Assembly (NCBI GenBank): GCA_035696245.1
Contig: DASRQW010000273.1
Coordinates: 1 to 51,827, forward strand
Origin: Longimicrobiaceae bacterium
GTDB taxonomy: Bacteria > Gemmatimonadota > Gemmatimonadetes > Longimicrobiales > Longimicrobiaceae
Length of the DNA stretch: 51,827 bases
Direction of reading: 5' to 3'
Shown in pieces: positions 32,297 to 51,827 of this stretch; positions within the stretch are counted from its first letter, which is position 1, and the number at the start of each line of letters is the position of its first letter. The notes under the pieces were generated by a model. The model saw nothing but the letters and a program-made list of their open reading frames with translations. It did not search any database and was not told where the DNA came from. The translations under genes were made by a program, and so were the position numbers.

Positions 32297-33351
32297 GCGT
32301 AGCGGCGCCGCCGGACGCGGGCCTCGGCTGGCGAGCGTATCACCTCGTCTGCCACGGCGACCGCGACCGGCTCCTCGCGGAGATGGTGCGCCCGCTCGCC
32401 GCGTCGCTGCTGCGCGATGGGGCGATCTCGCGCTTCTTCTTCATCCGCTACGCCGTGGGCGGGCCGCACGTCCGCTTCCGCGTGCTGCCCTGCCCCGGCC
32501 GCGAGCGGGAGGCGAACGAGCGCATCCACGCGGCGGCGTCGGAGTTCTTCGCGCGCCACCCATCCCCCGCCCCGCTGGCGCCGGAGACGATCCGCGAGCG
32601 CAACCGCGGCGTCGCCGCCTCCGATCCCGGCGAGGCGGAGATGGCGGACCTCGTGCTGCCCGGCGACAGCGTCGTCGAGAGCCCGGTGAAGCTCGAGACG
32701 GAGCGGTACGGCGGCCCGGAGCGCCTGGCGGATTCCGTCGCGCTCTTCACCCTCTCCAGCATCGACGCGCTGGCGTGGCTAAACGAAGGCGAGCCCACCG
32801 CCGCGCGCCGTCTGACGGAAGCTTCGCGTTCCCTCCTCCGCCACGCGTGGAGCTTCGCGGCGGACCCGGCCGAGATGGTGCGGCTGATCGGCTGGGCGGC
32901 GGGTGGCGCGGCGGGCCCGCTGGAGCGCTTCGTGAGCGAGGGCGACGCGGCGTTCGACCGGCGTCCGGAGCCACTCATCGCCCGTGTGCGTGGTGAGATG
33001 GAGGCGCTCTCCGGCATCGCCGCATCGACGGAGATCCCGATGCGCTGGGCGGAGGGGCCGCGGGTTCTCGGCGCCACGCTTCGCGACGCGCCGGCAGACG
33101 TGCGGCTGCGCATCGCGTCCAGCCACGCGCACATGAGCGCGAACCGCCTGGGCATCACCGTCGCGGAGGAGGTCTACGTCTCCCGCATGCTCTGGCGCGC
33201 CGCCCGTGCCCTGGCTGACGCGGAGCCGGCGTTCTGGCGCGACGCTGCGGAACGCCTCGCATCTCCCGAACCGCCGGACGCGTCGCTGGACGACCTCGTC
33301 CGCATCTCCCTGCAACGGTTCACGGGGGATGTGATCGCATCCACCCGTTAA
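32293..33351 (+). CDS. Stand-alone SpaB_C / TIGR03891-type protein, paralogue 3 (352 aa)
   Basis: The GTG start overlaps the upstream TGA (GTGA). ...WRAYHLVCHGDRDRLLAEMVRPLAASLLRDGAISRFFFIRYAVGGPHVRFRVLPCPG...SEFFARHPSP... is the closest of the three to the canonical LanB elimination-domain signature. Confidence 0.85.
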   Translation: MSVAAPPDAGLGWRAYHLVCHGDRDRLLAEMVRPLAASLLRDGAISRFFFIRYAVGGPHVRFRVLPCPGREREANERIHAAASEFFARHPSPAPLAPETIRERNRGVAASDPGEAEMADLVLPGDSVVESPVKLETERYGGPERLADSVALFTLSSIDALAWLNEGEPTAARRLTEASRSLLRHAWSFAADPAEMVRLIGWAAGGAAGPLERFVSEGDAAFDRRPEPLIARVRGEMEALSGIAASTEIPMRWAEGPRVLGATLRDAPADVRLRIASSHAHMSANRLGITVAEEVYVSRMLWRAARALADAEPAFWRDAAERLASPEPPDASLDDLVRISLQRFTGDVIASTR

Positions 33352-33380
33352 TCGAAATTCCGCGGTTGCAATGACATCGG

Positions 33381-33418
33381 AACGGCCCCGCACCAGCCAC
33401 CTCGCTGATGCGGGGCCG
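33381..33418 (+). terminator. Hairpin ending the RiPP operon
   Basis: ACGGCCCCGCA (33381-91) / TGCGGGGCCGT (33408-18), an 11-bp perfect stem 30 nt after the stop. Weak T content afterwards. A 330-bp lower-GC spacer follows before the NRPS gene. Confidence 0.5.
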
Positions 33419-33681
33419 TCTGCTTCACGCCCTCCGGCGGGGTGACGGAAAGGATAGAGAGTACGCGGAAACGGATGGGCCGCGACGACTTGCGTAACGC
33501 CGTGGGATGGCGTTTCGCGGGGTGGACTAAACCGGCGGCAAGTGCGAGATTTCCGGGCTGAGCGCCGCCCTTTCCGGCGGCCGAAAAGGTTCGTCCGTGG
33601 CCGTGCGGCGGGTGTGGACGCCACACGGCCGGCCGCGCAGGCGGCGCGAACCCGCTCTCCTGCAATCTTCCAGTCCAGTCG

Positions 33682-51827
<18,146 letters not shown>

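Noticed and set aside
33352-33681. Possible RiPP-NRPS fusion pathway or riboswitch in the spacer before the NRPS
   Set aside because: The spacer holds a terminator-like hairpin and a few other GC stems, but nothing matches a riboswitch class I can recognise. There is no positive evidence for co-transcription. It is kept only as a caveat in the NRPS finding.

Overview
High-GC DNA from a diderm bacterium; I cannot name the lineage by eye. Contents from left to right: (1) the tail of an unidentified CDS; (2) a secreted RHS/YD-repeat polymorphic toxin gene on the minus strand, interrupted by one frameshift, with a low-GC C-terminal tip and downstream islet; (3) an IS630-family element; (4) a complete minus-strand type II secretion operon (gspE-G-F-H-I-J-K-L-M-C-like-D); (5) a lipoprotein gene, decayed gene remnants and hypothetical genes; (6) an orphan Cys-rich RiPP-like precursor gene whose stop-codon TA was hit by a second IS630 element; (7) a duplicated HhH-motif gene, one copy intact and one decayed. 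The most interesting part is a plus-strand RiPP locus at 24.3-33.4 kb. It holds a stand-alone LanB-type glutamylation protein, three stand-alone SpaB_C/TIGR03891-type paralogues, a 219-aa unknown protein and 12 tandem short precursor genes (11 intact, 1 decayed). Most of the precursor genes have no entry of their own in the supplied ORF track. They share a double-glycine leader and an invariant C-S-x3-C-S core. No LanC, YcaO, leader protease or transporter is present in the window. From 33.7 kb to the window end runs one unterminated NRPS ORF of at least 6048 codons (C-A-T / C-A-T-E / C-A-T / C-A-T-E / C-A...), also absent from the ORF track because it has no stop. Superimposed on the genes is a hyper-abundant 9-11-mer, (C)GCATCTCCC(G). 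It occurs 21 times, but only in the T2SS and NRPS segments. Most long track ORFs lying antisense or out of frame to these genes are GC-driven artefacts.
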